Below are positions 40,315 to 52,901 of a stretch of 64,000 nucleotides of DNA, piece by piece. This stretch comes from Tubulanus polymorphus (Eukaryota; Animalia; Nemertea): positions 806,001 through 870,000 of the forward strand of contig NC_134029.1 of NCBI RefSeq assembly GCF_964204645.1. The letters are read 5' to 3'. The notes under the pieces are model-generated. The model was not told the origin of the DNA and ran no database searches. It saw only the letters and a list, made by a program, of their open reading frames with translations. The position numbers and the translations under genes were made by a program. Position 1 is the first letter of the stretch. Each line of letters starts with the position of its first letter.

Positions 40315-41005
40315 CTAAAGGCCCCATATCCATCCCTCTCCACGCCAATAGCATTCCAGACGCATTTTTGCTTGTTTCGCCTTCTCTTCCAGGATGTCGA
40401 GTCGACCACAAGCCCAACTAAAACCTAAAACGGTATCACCGCCAGATCTCTGCGGGGGTCTGATAGAAAAACGAAACATTCCAGAAAATCAAGTCGAATC
40501 TTCAGAAATCTCCTGGAACACGTCTGAATAGCGCACCACTCCCGGAACTCCGTAACGCTCGAAATTCACATATGTATTTTCTAAAGCGCATGGATTGGTA
40601 TCCGTCACTAGAATAAAACTTATCTTGGATTTGTTTTGCAGATAATGGTTCTCATACAACCATTCCCGCATCCGATTTCTAGAACCCTCGCGTCGTTACG
40701 GGTTTCAACTGGTAAATTCAGCGCTTGTTCACCGTGTCCTTCAGCAAACAAAGCATCGTAGAAAGTGATGAATTGCTCACTACAAAATGTGAATTAAGCC
40801 CAACCTCCTAATTGTTGTATATTTTGTTGTAGAACTTTTCGAGCGTTTGCTAGAATCTCTTCACGCCTTACGTGTGAAGATATTTTGTTACAAATAGAAA
40901 GACTCGTATGATATAACGTTGTACTTTCTTGTTAACTATCAACGTATTATCAAACTCGCCGTGATTGTTATTTTGATGAAATGTGGTCAACAATTTTTCT
41001 ATCAT
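40315..41005 (-). pseudogene. Frameshifted HemK/PrmC/MTS-like class I methyltransferase pseudogene
   Basis: After acceptor tttgtag| at about 40780: RVLEIGCGNG (motif I); frameshift; VTDTNPCALENTYVNFERYGV...YSDVFQEI; frameshift; FDLIFWNVSF (motif IV, NPPF-like); then LGFSWACGRLDILEEKAK. Upstream phase-2 donor cac|gtaagg at about 40870. Confidence 0.65.
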
Positions 41006-41438
41006 CACCGATGAATCTGTTCTACTGCTGCATACAAAACATACGATGAGCAATTGTGAGCAGAATGTGTGAGCTGGGTTTAAAAGTATACGAGTGACAA
41101 TATATGTTAGTTAATTATAATTAAAAGAAAGAGACAAACGAAACAAACAAAGAAAACCATATTATGCGTGAATCGCCATCTATGTTAATTATGCTGGTAA
41201 AATTTACTATAATTCATTATTTACTATATTAAATTTTTTGTTGAAAATCGATGACTCTGCCCGTAAATATAATGTATATGTATTATAGCGATGATTATAA
41301 GTAAAATAAAATCTAATCTAATCTAATCTAATACAATGTTGATATGTAATATGTTGATCCTGTGAAATTATTTTAGGCGTACTCGATCTGGCCAAGTTTT
41401 CATTATCTATCTCTAGTTCATTTATCTGCGATCACTAG

Positions 41439-44400
41439 TCAGATATAGTGTAACGTGTATAACCAGAAGAATACGTTAAATATCGCGAATATAGCTGGAA
41501 ATGCGATCCTTGAAACGGACTCGACTTTCAACGCTAATCTCCTATTGCAGGTTATCGGTGATCCTGTAGGCGCTTGAAGTTTCTGATGACTATTTCTGCC
41601 GACGGGATGCGTAGTAAGGTCGATGCCGCTGTCCTTGCTAACTGAAAGATGTTGATTGGTTCGATTTCTTTCGATAGTCTGAAAAAGAATTATTGTATTT
41701 CGACCAGCATTTCAATTAAGTATCTACGTACAACTACTTGAAACTTTATTCATGAAAAGGGCTATATAGAACACGTTTTTGGATATCTATCTCCTAAGGT
41801 CTTTCTAAGATTTTCCTGCGTCACGACTATACCTACTGCAATTGTGAATACAGATTTTCTGCACTCTATTGATCGGTGGAATTCAATCTGTTCACGACGA
41901 ACTAACATATTGACAACAGCAAATTCAACCAGTGCCGCAAATACTGATGCAATACACATTGCCGTCCACATATCTATAGCCTGTAAATATATCATCTTAT
42001 ATATCAAGATTTTGCAGATTTCCCCCCTCTACCCAGGGAGACGTTTCTATTCCCTTAGATGACGACACTTTTTGATTAAGGTGACCCTTATGAAGATAAT
42101 TACAGTTATATTCACGTTGTGGAAATCGCTACACTATTTGAGGACTGTTTCATTGACCAATCGGCGCGACTAGTGATCAATGGATCGAATCATCGAATCA
42201 TTAAATGATATGTATATTGTATGCCTGAATTCGCAACTGCGTGATATTCTTGTTAAAGCGGACATTTTTCCCACCGTATCGGTACCCTGAGAAAAATTAA
42301 AGATAGTTGTGCTTAGTAAAATACGTGGCTTTTTCACGCGGAGACCAAACGGCGCGACTAATGTTCAATGGATCGAATCATCAAATCATTAAATGACCTG
42401 GCTTTTTCACAGGTTTATAACGAGAGGAAGATTTCACACGTGTATTTCAGAAAGGGCTGCTTCTGAAGTAGCCATACGACAGCCGTCATCAGATTGCCTG
42501 ATGATTCAGAAATAAAATTAAATTCATGTAACTAAATTATTCGCCAAAGGTGATTTCCAAGAAAGTAGCTATCATTTCCCTTTACCTTGATGTAAGAGAC
42601 TTTTGGTAGTTGAGAGACGATTCCAGTCGTTTGTGTGGTCATCGTTATAACAGTGAGTAATCCGAGAGATATTCGAGCTGGGGTCGCAGTGGGATCCAAC
42701 CAAAACGATAACCATGACAACATTACCGTTAATACGCTGGGCACAAACATTTGAATTAGGTAGTATTCAAATTCTCGCTGTATGTGAAATCCGACTGAGA
42801 TACACGGGAAAATACCTGTCAACGAAAAGGTTCATTCAAATGGAATCTCACAAGAAAACACTTTATTGTATACATGTAACCTTTGGTAAAAATGCTGAAT
42901 TGACGAGAATCAATTTGTGGAAATATCGTATTTAACATTCCCGCTTCCCACACCTCTAGGCGTGGTTCATTGAACTGCTTAACCCATACGCCTATCCTAA
43001 ACCAACAGAAAAACTTTATTTTACAGGTTTCCAGAAAAAGCGCAATGTGACCTGCTTTAAACGCACAATATGACATTTACAACTGTGAATCCTTGTAGAA
43101 AGTTCGACGGTTAAATGACATGCGAGTATTGTGGCCTTTCCTCTGGTTATTTGATTCGGACATATTAAGCCAACAGAAATACAGGTTACAAATTAGTTTT
43201 ATGACATCTAAAATTGTGTAACCTTACCAGTAGAATATTCGACGGTACAATCGTTAAATGACATGCGGATATTGTGGCTATCGAATTCGGGTAATTCTAC
43301 TTTTTTGTTCATCTGAATTGGTTCATATTCCTTCCAGTGAAATCTGATATCCATTGTTGTAAATGCAACTAAAATGTCACGAGTTAAAACATGAATCATC
43401 TCGAACTAAAAATAACTTAACACAGTTTCTAGACGAAATCGTAAAATTCCCTTGAATTCGGAAGAAGTAAAGCAGCTTAATGAATTATCTAATGTGTTAT
43501 ATATCATATATTGCATAATAAAGTAATAATATAGCATAATTTGTTAATTCCATTTAATGTTTAACTTAGATGAATGCGTTCATATATAGAACCGGGGTGA
43601 GAGTGAACTGAAGAAAAAGTTGCAATTGATAGATTTTCAAAAATGAGGGAAGATTATAAGCTGAACGTTTAGTTCATTAAATCATCACGCAAAATATCTC
43701 ACATGATTCTATCTCTAGTTGACATGTTTGATTATCCATTGGGAAAAACGTCAAATCCATGTTACACATTAGAACTAGTGATAACCTACAAATAGATTTC
43801 AACTAAATTAGATTAATTGTTGTAGGTGAAACTAGTTCGCAATATAGTTCGAGAATTAGTCAATAACAGAACTGAGGTATTACGTCAAATATTCATGGAA
43901 AACTTCATTTTTCAATATGGATTTCTTAGTTGTGGTTTTATTGATAGAGAAATATGCACTAACGATATCAGAGGAAATAGAAACGTCTTTTCGAAGTCTG
44001 TTTCTAGTTTGTGAGTTTGGAATTTTCTATGCAAGCACCAGTTTCTCTGATAAACACTTCATTTCAAAACTCTACCTTTGTGAGAAAATGATTGAGCCGT
44101 TATCGTGTATCAAGATGAAATGATTTGGAGTTGTTATACCATGCAGTTTTCCATCTATCAAATTACGGAATATAGTATCAGGGGTCCATATTCTAGATAT
44201 ATCGTGATGTCCTATCGTTATAATATTTGAATTTTTATTCGGCCATCGCTTGTTGTTTTCTCTGGAAAGTCGGGGGTCCTCCCAGTATTGTTTCAAAACG
44301 ACATCCAAAGTAAATTCCTGGAAAGAGACACCAGCTAGATATATTCCGAGGCGATAGTTTAACCGACGAACAGTTTTTGTGATATTTTACAGCGCACTTC

Positions 44401-45042
44401 ACTGATGACACAACTATAGTTTGCAAATAAAAAAGTCGGATATTGGAAATGTGGCGTGTATGAACCTGTAGTTTTCGGCATATTCAGTTTTGACATATTA
44501 TACAAATCTAAGGTATCCTACCATTTTTATGACATCCACAGATCCGAAGTGATTGACGAACAGTCCGAATGAGATATTCAATGGGTAACCTAAATTGTAT
44601 AACTTAAACATTCAAATCAATACAAGAACGTAGGTAAAAACACAAGATCCAGTGTCACCATTAGGAGTTAGGGTTGGCTCTCAGTTAGAAATGCTCCATT
44701 TTTAATGATTCAAAGTCAAATTTAACTCCGAACTATGAAACTGTGTTCTGGGTATTTCATGACTATTTTACGAATCTAACAACCCTCAAATCACCTGATT
44801 CCGCAAATGGTCTCGAATCGGGGTCGAAACTTGACAGGAATCGATGTAAAGCTGAGTCAGATTTATCCTCGTGGTGATGATCCTTCATCGAAACAAAATT
44901 GATAAACCTTAAAGAATAGTTTTAGATATTATACTTTCTATATTTACAACCATTCATCGATGTTTCCAAAATTTATACAAATATTCACTCGATGCACTCA
45001 CCCATTTAGTATGATCATATACAATACGTTGTTGATAATCAT
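41439..45042 (-). CDS. Cys-loop ligand-gated chloride channel subunit (glycine receptor/GluCl-like)
   Basis: Exons 45042-45002, 44907-44795, 44589-44522, 44317-44076, 43785-43703, 43368-43228, 42815-42586, 41980-41837, 41678-41439. FDPDSRP, WEDPRL, IWTPD, Cys-loop CNMDLTFFPMDNQTC, second disulfide loop C CTVEYSTGIFPC, anion PAR motif, LPKVSYIKAIDMW, TM4 SRIAFPAIFAIFNVFFW. Confidence 0.93.
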
Positions 45043-45794
45043 AATTCGCACGAAAAAAGTGATCCTTACCAGCTTTTGGCATCAGAAAAAAATGCTCATT
45101 GAAATTAGATCTCGTTATAACTAACAATTTTCTATCATTACGCTAAAGCCAGCCAATCAGATATGTGAACTTGCTCATTAAACCTGTTATTTTTCAAATC
45201 AGTTAAGTGCTATGCGAAGTGGGCAAATGACAATGGCATGCTCTGGCATGTTAGGTAGGACTGAGAAGTATTGGAGAACGATAGTGAAAGAGTACTATAC
45301 TAGTAGCCAGGGGAGAGTTGGTAATTAAGGGAAGGTGGATTGATAAAGCAATGATTCCATTATCCAGCTATTGATGAGGAGATCCTCCAACAAGACTTAC
45401 AAGGGAAGAATATTGTGAAAACTGAATTAAGTTCTTTCTGCGAGGATTTTTATAGCTTTGTCATGTCTGGCGGGCGCAGTTTTCAATGTAACCACATGTA
45501 TGGCCAGGAAAATCTTACAACGAACCCCGAAATAGATACAAACATGGACCGTACGGTACTGCCGGTATTAAATTTGCATAGAATTATTATGCAAATAATC
45601 GCGGTGGAAGATAGGTAACCGTGCGGTGCTGCCACCTTCACAACGCTCTCGGTAGACTCAGCATAATTCTCAAGGTAGCGTATACATCGTCATTCCCAAG
45701 GTCGTAGACGGTTTTATATAAATTTTACGTAAAAACACAATAATTTGGTAATTTATTAGGAATAGAACAGGGATATTTTACAGTTCGATGAAAA

Positions 45795-47932
45795 ATGAGT
45801 TTTATATGGCTCTCATCTTGTCAGAAAATGTTCAACCATCGTTTAATACAGGTTGTACCAAATGCTAGACGCTTGATAGTAAGTTTGACGTTTGTTTCGT
45901 TAGCTGCCCTCAGCATGCTCAGCCTGAGCAACTAGTTAGTCAGAGACTTGGAGCCTGAGCCTCAGGCTCCAGGTCTCTGACTAACTAGTCTCTGGGATTC
46001 TGCTCTTGTAGTTTTCGACTAATCTAAACCGCTAAGATGTTGTTTTTTTCAGAGAAGTCACCACTGTCTGTCAAGCAATAAGTGTGTTTTTCAATCAGCT
46101 GTCGGAGGACCATCATCATCAGACTTACTACAGATTCATGTAAGTTAACTCTATCTAACCTACAGTTCTGCTACTTAAGCTGGGCCTGGGTTTATCTCCA
46201 ACCCCTGATCCCCACTTTCCTGACAGTCTAATGATATAGCACCATTCATTTCTAGAGATCTACCCTTACTTCAACTACTACTGAACCGGGATTCTTAGGA
46301 TCAATTTGGAATAAACTCACATTTAGAAATGGTCTACGGTTCTCTAAATCAGTAAGTACAGTTAAACCCTCACGGGCTTGTCTCAATCAACAATTGTCAC
46401 AATTGATAGTGGTTTTAATTTGGTTTTATTTTCAGCATCTATTAGTTAACAGTCAGAGGTTATATATGTGTATGGATGAATTTGTTGATCATGTTTCTAT
46501 GATGAAAGGTATTACATCATCTAATCATATTTGTATTATATTTAGATAAACGTAAAGTCGTTTAATCTGTGACGAGATATTGACTTGCTTGTTTTTTTTT
46601 AAAATGAATATAGAATTTGATATGCCAGATACGTTCAATTCATGGTTTATAGTAACAGAGCTTCACATATGGTAAGTTAAGAAGTAATTTTTTTTAAATT
46701 CAATAATATTAGTATGAACCTGTTCCATTGATGCCGTTAAAAGACCTAAGTTTTTCCCATAAAATCGCTATCTTCTGAGTTGATCAGAAACTCTTATTAT
46801 TTCTTCATTCAATGACTCAATATACGTGTGTAATTCTACATGTGTGTTCATGTGCTGTGGGTGAAATGGCTTGCTAATTGTTAATCTAAACATTTCTTTG
46901 CTTTAAGACCCTTTCCCTCGTATTGCGACGCTAATGCGATCGTTATAATTGTATGCTTTTATGCTTGATACTTAAAAGTGGGCACAATCCTGTAGTAATT
47001 CAAGGGAAAATAAAGTTATTATTATCTCGTTGGAAATGAGATTATTTTTTTATTTTCAGGATGTTATTGGTGAAATTGACGAATCTTGGAGAAGAGGGTA
47101 AATTAATGATACACAATCTAGTCAAGGCGCTGTGGCTCGACCTTGAGCAAAGATCGAAGAAAATTGAGGTATCAAAGAATTTTTAAGTATATCCACCTTT
47201 ACCCTGTAACTGTCATCAGGAAACTCCTAAAGTCGGTGAATTTGACAAAGGAAAGAGTTGACAAATTTGAAAATAAACTCTTCATCTTACAACTGAGTTG
47301 TGGAAGACTTAAATAGATAATATTCTCTATACTCTACTTGTTCTCAATGTTCAGTTACGTGTTTAAACAGGAAGTTGAGTGTTATTTTTAGGGTGTGGCT
47401 TCGAGTCAGCGTAAAGAAGGTCTTTCTGTATTCGGAGATCATCTTGGAGCTGCTATGTTTAGTTATGATGAGGTAAGACTTACTTGACATCGGCTCCATA
47501 GCAAGCGCTATTTACTGAAATAGACCGGGTTTGATCGGGTCATTAGAGATTTGAATGATGATATTTTGATGTATATTATGTGTAGGGTTTACTGGGTGAT
47601 GATAAAGATTTAGCCGCTGCTTTGTGGCGAACATTCTTTGAGAGGAAAAACATCGACCCACGACTTTTAGAAAGTATGGTTCACTACGTGAGGCGTCAGG
47701 TAAAATGTACCCTATTTCTTGAGATTTTTCAATTATGATTTTAAGAGATATTGATGAATTTCGTTGTCGTTTATGATTTCAGATAAAACACTTGGACGAA
47801 CAAGATGCCGAAATAATGATTAAATTTGGATTGATAACATTTTTACCGTTGCGCGGAAATCTTTCAGACGAAGATTGTAAAAATAAACTGAAATCAATAA
47901 CGAGTCAGGATATAACTAAACTACGACGATAG
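45795..47932 (+). CDS. UQCC1: Ubiquinol-cytochrome c reductase complex assembly factor 1 (Cbp3 family)
   Basis: Nine small exons absent from the ORF track (approx. 45795-45878, 46053-46139, 46255-46351, 46437-46508, 46614-46671, 47060-47168, 47392-47472, 47586-47699, 47783-47932). Motifs [55 protein letters not shown]. Confidence 0.9.
45931..45989. repeat. Near-perfect 59-nt palindrome in UQCC1 intron 1
   Basis: actagttagtcagagacttggagcctgag-c-ctcaggctccaggtctctgactaactagt: 29-bp arms, single T/G mismatch. Confidence 0.92.
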
Positions 47933-47972
47933 CAGCAGAGAATATTGATTCAACTATCATACACGTTCCCCG

Positions 47973-48197
47973 TCAGACACTGTCGCCCTGAAACCCTCAC
48001 ATCAGACACTGTCGCCCTGAAACCCTCACATCAGACACTGTAGCCCTGAAACCCTCACATCAGACACTGTAGCCCTGAAACCCTCACATCAGACACTGTA
48101 GCCCTGAAACCCTCACATCAGACACTGTAGCCCTGAAACCCTCACATCAGACACTGTAGTCTTGAATCCCACTCTTCAGACAATCTGTAGCCCTGGA
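47973..48197. repeat. 29-bp minisatellite, about 7 copies, in UQCC1 3' region
   Basis: Unit tcagacactgtagccctgaaaccctcaca. Confidence 0.95.
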
Positions 48198-49071
48198 CCC
48201 ACTCCTATCAACTTTCATAATTGTAATTTGAAGTGTGGATGATCAGTTTCTGAAAGTTTGCTGATAAAATGTCTCGTGTTTGTAGTTCATTATCATTGAG
48301 AAATGGTGAAGTACTGGATAAGTATGGATGATCTAAAATTGGAAAAATCGTGATAACAGCAGGTCTGAGGAGGTGTTGAGTTTAGAAGCAGCAGATTGAT
48401 ACTTGCTTCGATTGATACACGTGTCAAAGCTATGATTTTATGATAGTTTTAGTGAGTGAGGTGTTGCACCTTACTGTGATAGATGATGACTATATAGTTT
48501 CTCAGGTGTCATGTTTGATATATGTATATGTATAAGGTGTGGACAAACGACAACCTTCTCGACTGAATCTAGGTCCAGATATAATGTAAACAGTTGAACC
48601 AAATAGATTGTTACTCATTTTGAATTAAGGTGTTTTTTTTATCTTCTGGGGTCTTTAGATTCAGGATCCAGTGGAAGAGTGACATGTGGATTTCATTACA
48701 GATACATGTATTTCATCTATTCATATATTTGTTATTCATTAATTTGCACGTGTTGGCACAAAGCAAGAAAGAGAGTAAATACCGGTAAGAGAACTATAAA
48801 CTTGAAAGGTTATGGATGCCCTGAAGAGTAAGTATTGCCCAACATCATCGACATTGAATGATATTAAGGATTAAAAGAGAAAAGAACACATGTAAACCGA
48901 TAATATTACTCAAAATTCATTATTGAAAAGACTGATATTTATTGGATAGAAAATAAAGAGAGTGATGAAATGTATTCGATTATAAAACACGACTTCGAAT
49001 AACGCATACTTAGTTAATCAATGAATAAAAACATTATTGTAACGTCCAAAAATTCTATTCTTTGCATTTTT

Positions 49072-50220
49072 CTATTTCTGTATTTCGATCGTTTTCAATA
49101 CCTTTCCTTTATAAACTAATCGTTCAGTTGACGCGTCCTCTCGATCGCGTTGCACGAACGGGTAATATTCGTATAGCTCACTACAGGGAATGATGTAAGA
49201 TAAACTAACGGCCATTTCTAATTTATGGCTGTAAAAAGAAGTTTTGCAACCTAAAACTTCGCCGTCATACGTCAGTTTAAGATTGTCTAATACGAGACGA
49301 GGGGATGGTAAGTACAAAACACCGAACGGTCTTTTTATCAAAGGAAATACGGCACTTTTAGGAAAAATGTATCTCTTCTTGTTCCCGCCGTAGATCAACG
49401 CGTCCCAAATATGGGTCTGATTTTCATCGTAAAATGTAATGTCTAAATAAGGCCACAACCAGGGCACCCCTGACGCCCGAAACGTCGCTGTTTGGGCGTA
49501 CAGCTTATAATGTAATGAATTATACGTATCAAGAATGAAATTCGGTTTCAGATTACTCAGAATTTCGACCAGTTTTTGCTTGTGTTTGTGCCCGACGAGT
49601 ACGTCGATATCGTCGTCCCAGGGTACCAGATCGTGGTGACGATACGACCCTAATAGCGTACCACCGTACATCATATACGAGAAATCGTTGCGTTCGCAAA
49701 TTCCGTCGAAAAACGCCAGCAATTTCATAATCTGCACGTAATCTCTGTTTGTGATACTGGGCGCGAATACCGGTAATGAAATGCGTCTTAATGTTTCTAA
49801 TCGAAGAATATTAATTCTCGATTGTTTGTCTTTCTCGAAGTTTCCATCGTTGGTATCGATCAGGAACGGTTTGGCGTGAGTGTAATATTTTTCCTGGAAG
49901 TTCGGTCTCGGATGTTTGAGGGTTATCTCGTGTATCTCGGCGAGAAGTAACGGGTTTCTATCGGTAAACACTATAGGATTGTACGGTAAATCGAGATACG
50001 AGGTTTTCGAGATAGTATCGACGTGATACCGATCAAGAATCTGTTTGTCAATGCGGATATTTTCCGGTGATTCTTTGCGGATGTTTTTTCGCTGCTGTTG
50101 TTGATTTGTGTTTGTTACTGATGATAGATGCGACACCAAAAACCAAGTCCCACCGAGAAAGAACACTAATAAACAGATCACTAGTCTACTCTGAATAGTT
50201 TGAAAACGCAACCTCATCAT
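49072..50220 (-). CDS. LicD/fukutin-family nucleotidyltransferase-fold protein, type II membrane
   Basis: 382-aa single coding exon directly after acceptor tttcag|; N-terminal TM LVICLLVFFLGGTWFLV; signature YGGTLLGSYRHHDLVPWDDDIDV; WPYLDITFY; FPLIKRPFG. Confidence 0.9.
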   Translation of the reverse strand: MMRLRFQTIQSRLVICLLVFFLGGTWFLVSHLSSVTNTNQQQQRKNIRKESPENIRIDKQILDRYHVDTISKTSYLDLPYNPIVFTDRNPLLLAEIHEITLKHPRPNFQEKYYTHAKPFLIDTNDGNFEKDKQSRINILRLETLRRISLPVFAPSITNRDYVQIMKLLAFFDGICERNDFSYMMYGGTLLGSYRHHDLVPWDDDIDVLVGHKHKQKLVEILSNLKPNFILDTYNSLHYKLYAQTATFRASGVPWLWPYLDITFYDENQTHIWDALIYGGNKKRYIFPKSAVFPLIKRPFGVLYLPSPRLVLDNLKLTYDGEVLGCKTSFYSHKLEMAVSLSYIIPCSELYEYYPFVQRDREDASTERLVYKGKVLKTIEIQK

Positions 50221-52329
50221 CTGAAATGGGAAAAAGAACTCCCTGGGACCAATTGCACGATTAAGGATTTTGGTTCTATAACCGACAATTTATGACCGAT
50301 GTCGAAACTGAATCTATCAGCAGCGGCTAACAGCAACAGGGTCCAGTTTCACAAAAATGTTCAATTCTTAAATTCAATCATTATCTTCATTAATTCAGGT
50401 TATCTCAAATCGATTCAGAATAGTTTAACTTTTTAGTGAAGCTGGGTCCACAGTAGCCAAACCAATTCTGACAAAAAGACAACCTATTATTGCTTGCTTA
50501 AAATGACGCCTTATGTATTGTTCAAATTGGCCGTCAAATGGCAGCAAACTGGCCAGTATGACGGGCTGTGATGTCACTTGAATAACCTATATATGTCACG
50601 AATAATTCGAGATCAACTAGACTTACGTGTACCTTGGGTCGAGGTTTAGATAGTCTAATGAAACAGATTTACTCCGAGCACGAACATTGCGCTATAAAGT
50701 AACATTGAGTTATCACTGTGTATTTAAACAGCATATTATAACGCAATTTTCACATTCGATTGAACGCTAATGAAAACGTCGCGTTTACGAGTTCCATACG
50801 CAAACAATGTAAAATTAACTGAACATCTGTAAAGAGCATGCGGCGGGTTCTCTTACCACACCTGGTCGGTTTCAGGTAACATGGAGAAAATATGGTAACG
50901 TCAGGTTACATTGAACACATGGCTAACCTGAACACATTAAAACTATAATAAACACTATCATAATCTTTTTAATGATTAAATCATTAAATATTAATCATCT
51001 GCACTGAATGGTAATGTATTAGATTATTAACTTATTTTTAAGACGGTATTACGTAATGCGGATCGGAAATTATATCTACTGTTTGTCCATTTGCTGTAAG
51101 TCATTATTCACCCCTACCAGCTCGTGCAGTGACACCTCTACCCTCATCCCCTCCCCATACATCCATTGCTATAGTTTTCTGCATCAGACTGACCATGTTT
51201 ATACGTGTATCAAACTTGTAAATGTAACGGTCCAGTTACTCACCAAAACGATCCTCAATCTCTCAAGAATCTGCAATAAGAAATGGCATAAAATGTTCCA
51301 TTTATCTGGAGCTTTCCGGAATGCGTGTTTTTCAAGTTAATACGAGAAAACCTGTGCGTAGCACTATAAACTATAGACTAATCTTTACTTTTTGAAAAGC
51401 TTTCTTACAACGACACAAAAAATTCTTATCATTCTTAATCAAACATTTACTTTATGCTGTTGGACTTCAATCTATCTATAAACATACAATTCCCTTGACT
51501 TCAATAATATCATTCTTTGCTGATCCCCCAAAGTCAAGGTGACAAAATCCTGACACGCAAAAACTGGCCAGCTGCCAGTATCTATTTTGAAATTCGACGA
51601 ACAAGCCCCCAGTTATCAGCAGCTTACATCGTGTATCTCTCTCCAGAGATTCGTGACGTCGTGGCTCGTCACCATATTGCATGATATAATACATTCAAAA
51701 ACTGTTCGTTCGTCCTTGCAGCAAAATCTCTGAGTGGGATTCATCGACATTGACCTTTCTAGGGTTGCGAGAATTCGTATTGTATTTCATTACGGTGACG
51801 TGACAATTGGTTACATAACTACTTTTCATTTTTTAAGTTGGTTTGTTTGCAGACGATAAATCATAAATCAACTGAACTCACTGTTCCGAATTCGGTTCTA
51901 AGGACATTATCCTGAGCTGTGATAACTCTACGTGAGGATCATCCCAACATGGTTCCAGTGACATCTAGCAATCTAGGACTAAGAATTCAAAAAAACGCTT
52001 ATCGAGTGTTTTTTTCAATTTCTAGAAGTTCAGTCTTTACAATCAAGGACCAGTTCAGGTGCAAGATCTGACAGTTTTAGAAAATTCTTTTTAAGGTGAA
52101 ATAATTAGAATATGACATCTAGCGCGGTTCCAATTTTTTAGAATTTTGACATAATTGTATATTTGTTTTGCAAAAGGTGCCATCTTTAGAAGTCAAAGGC
52201 CCTTGAATTAAAAGGCACTTAAAAAGTTCGGGAGTCTTTGTTGAAGTTGCGTACGATCCGCTCTGAACTCTGGATTTTGATTAGGTGTTTTTCGACGGAG
52301 TAATCTATTTTAAAAACCCAAATATGGCA

Positions 52330-52901
52330 TCACGTGATCCACCTGGCAGCAAGTTGACCAATCCTGTCTTTATCTTTAAGGAATAAATGGTGATAAACTA
52401 AACCGAATATATCTATAAAACTGTAGCAGACAACTTTCAACCCTGAGAGATACATTACAACCACCCAGGCATGGCACACTACCGTAGACCCCACGGTTGA
52501 CAATCCTTGGCGCCTGCGTGGGGCGCATATCGAATAACCGAACCGATGTTTGGGCGGTGATCCACAGACAGACAGTGACACCAATAACCAAAACAAGAGA
52601 CATTTCTGAACAATTTATAATTTATTTCGTCGAGATCGCTGTCCCGCAATGCCACAGAATTAACAATAACCAGAATATGATAATCTGTATGTAAATATTT
52701 GAACAAAAACTGGATACATTTCTATAGTTGTTGTATTCAACTCTTTTAAGAAATCAATCCACAATTTTTGTATGAATTCGGGTCCAGACTTTCAATGCCA
52801 TTTGCCATTTAAAAGCAAGTACGTTCAAAACCTTATAACTAGTAACACTATATACATATATATGTTTTAAATTCCACTCCGGACTTACTTACAAACTTCA
52901 T
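52330..52901 (-). CDS. Candidate small secreted peptide (unknown)
   Basis: TATAAAA at 52993-52987; ATG AAG TTT|gtaagt (52901-52893) joins in phase to ttcag|AAA at 52605 giving MKFKCLLFWLLVSLSVCG-SPPKHRFGYSICAPRRRQG...; C-terminus and function unclear. Confidence 0.35.
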
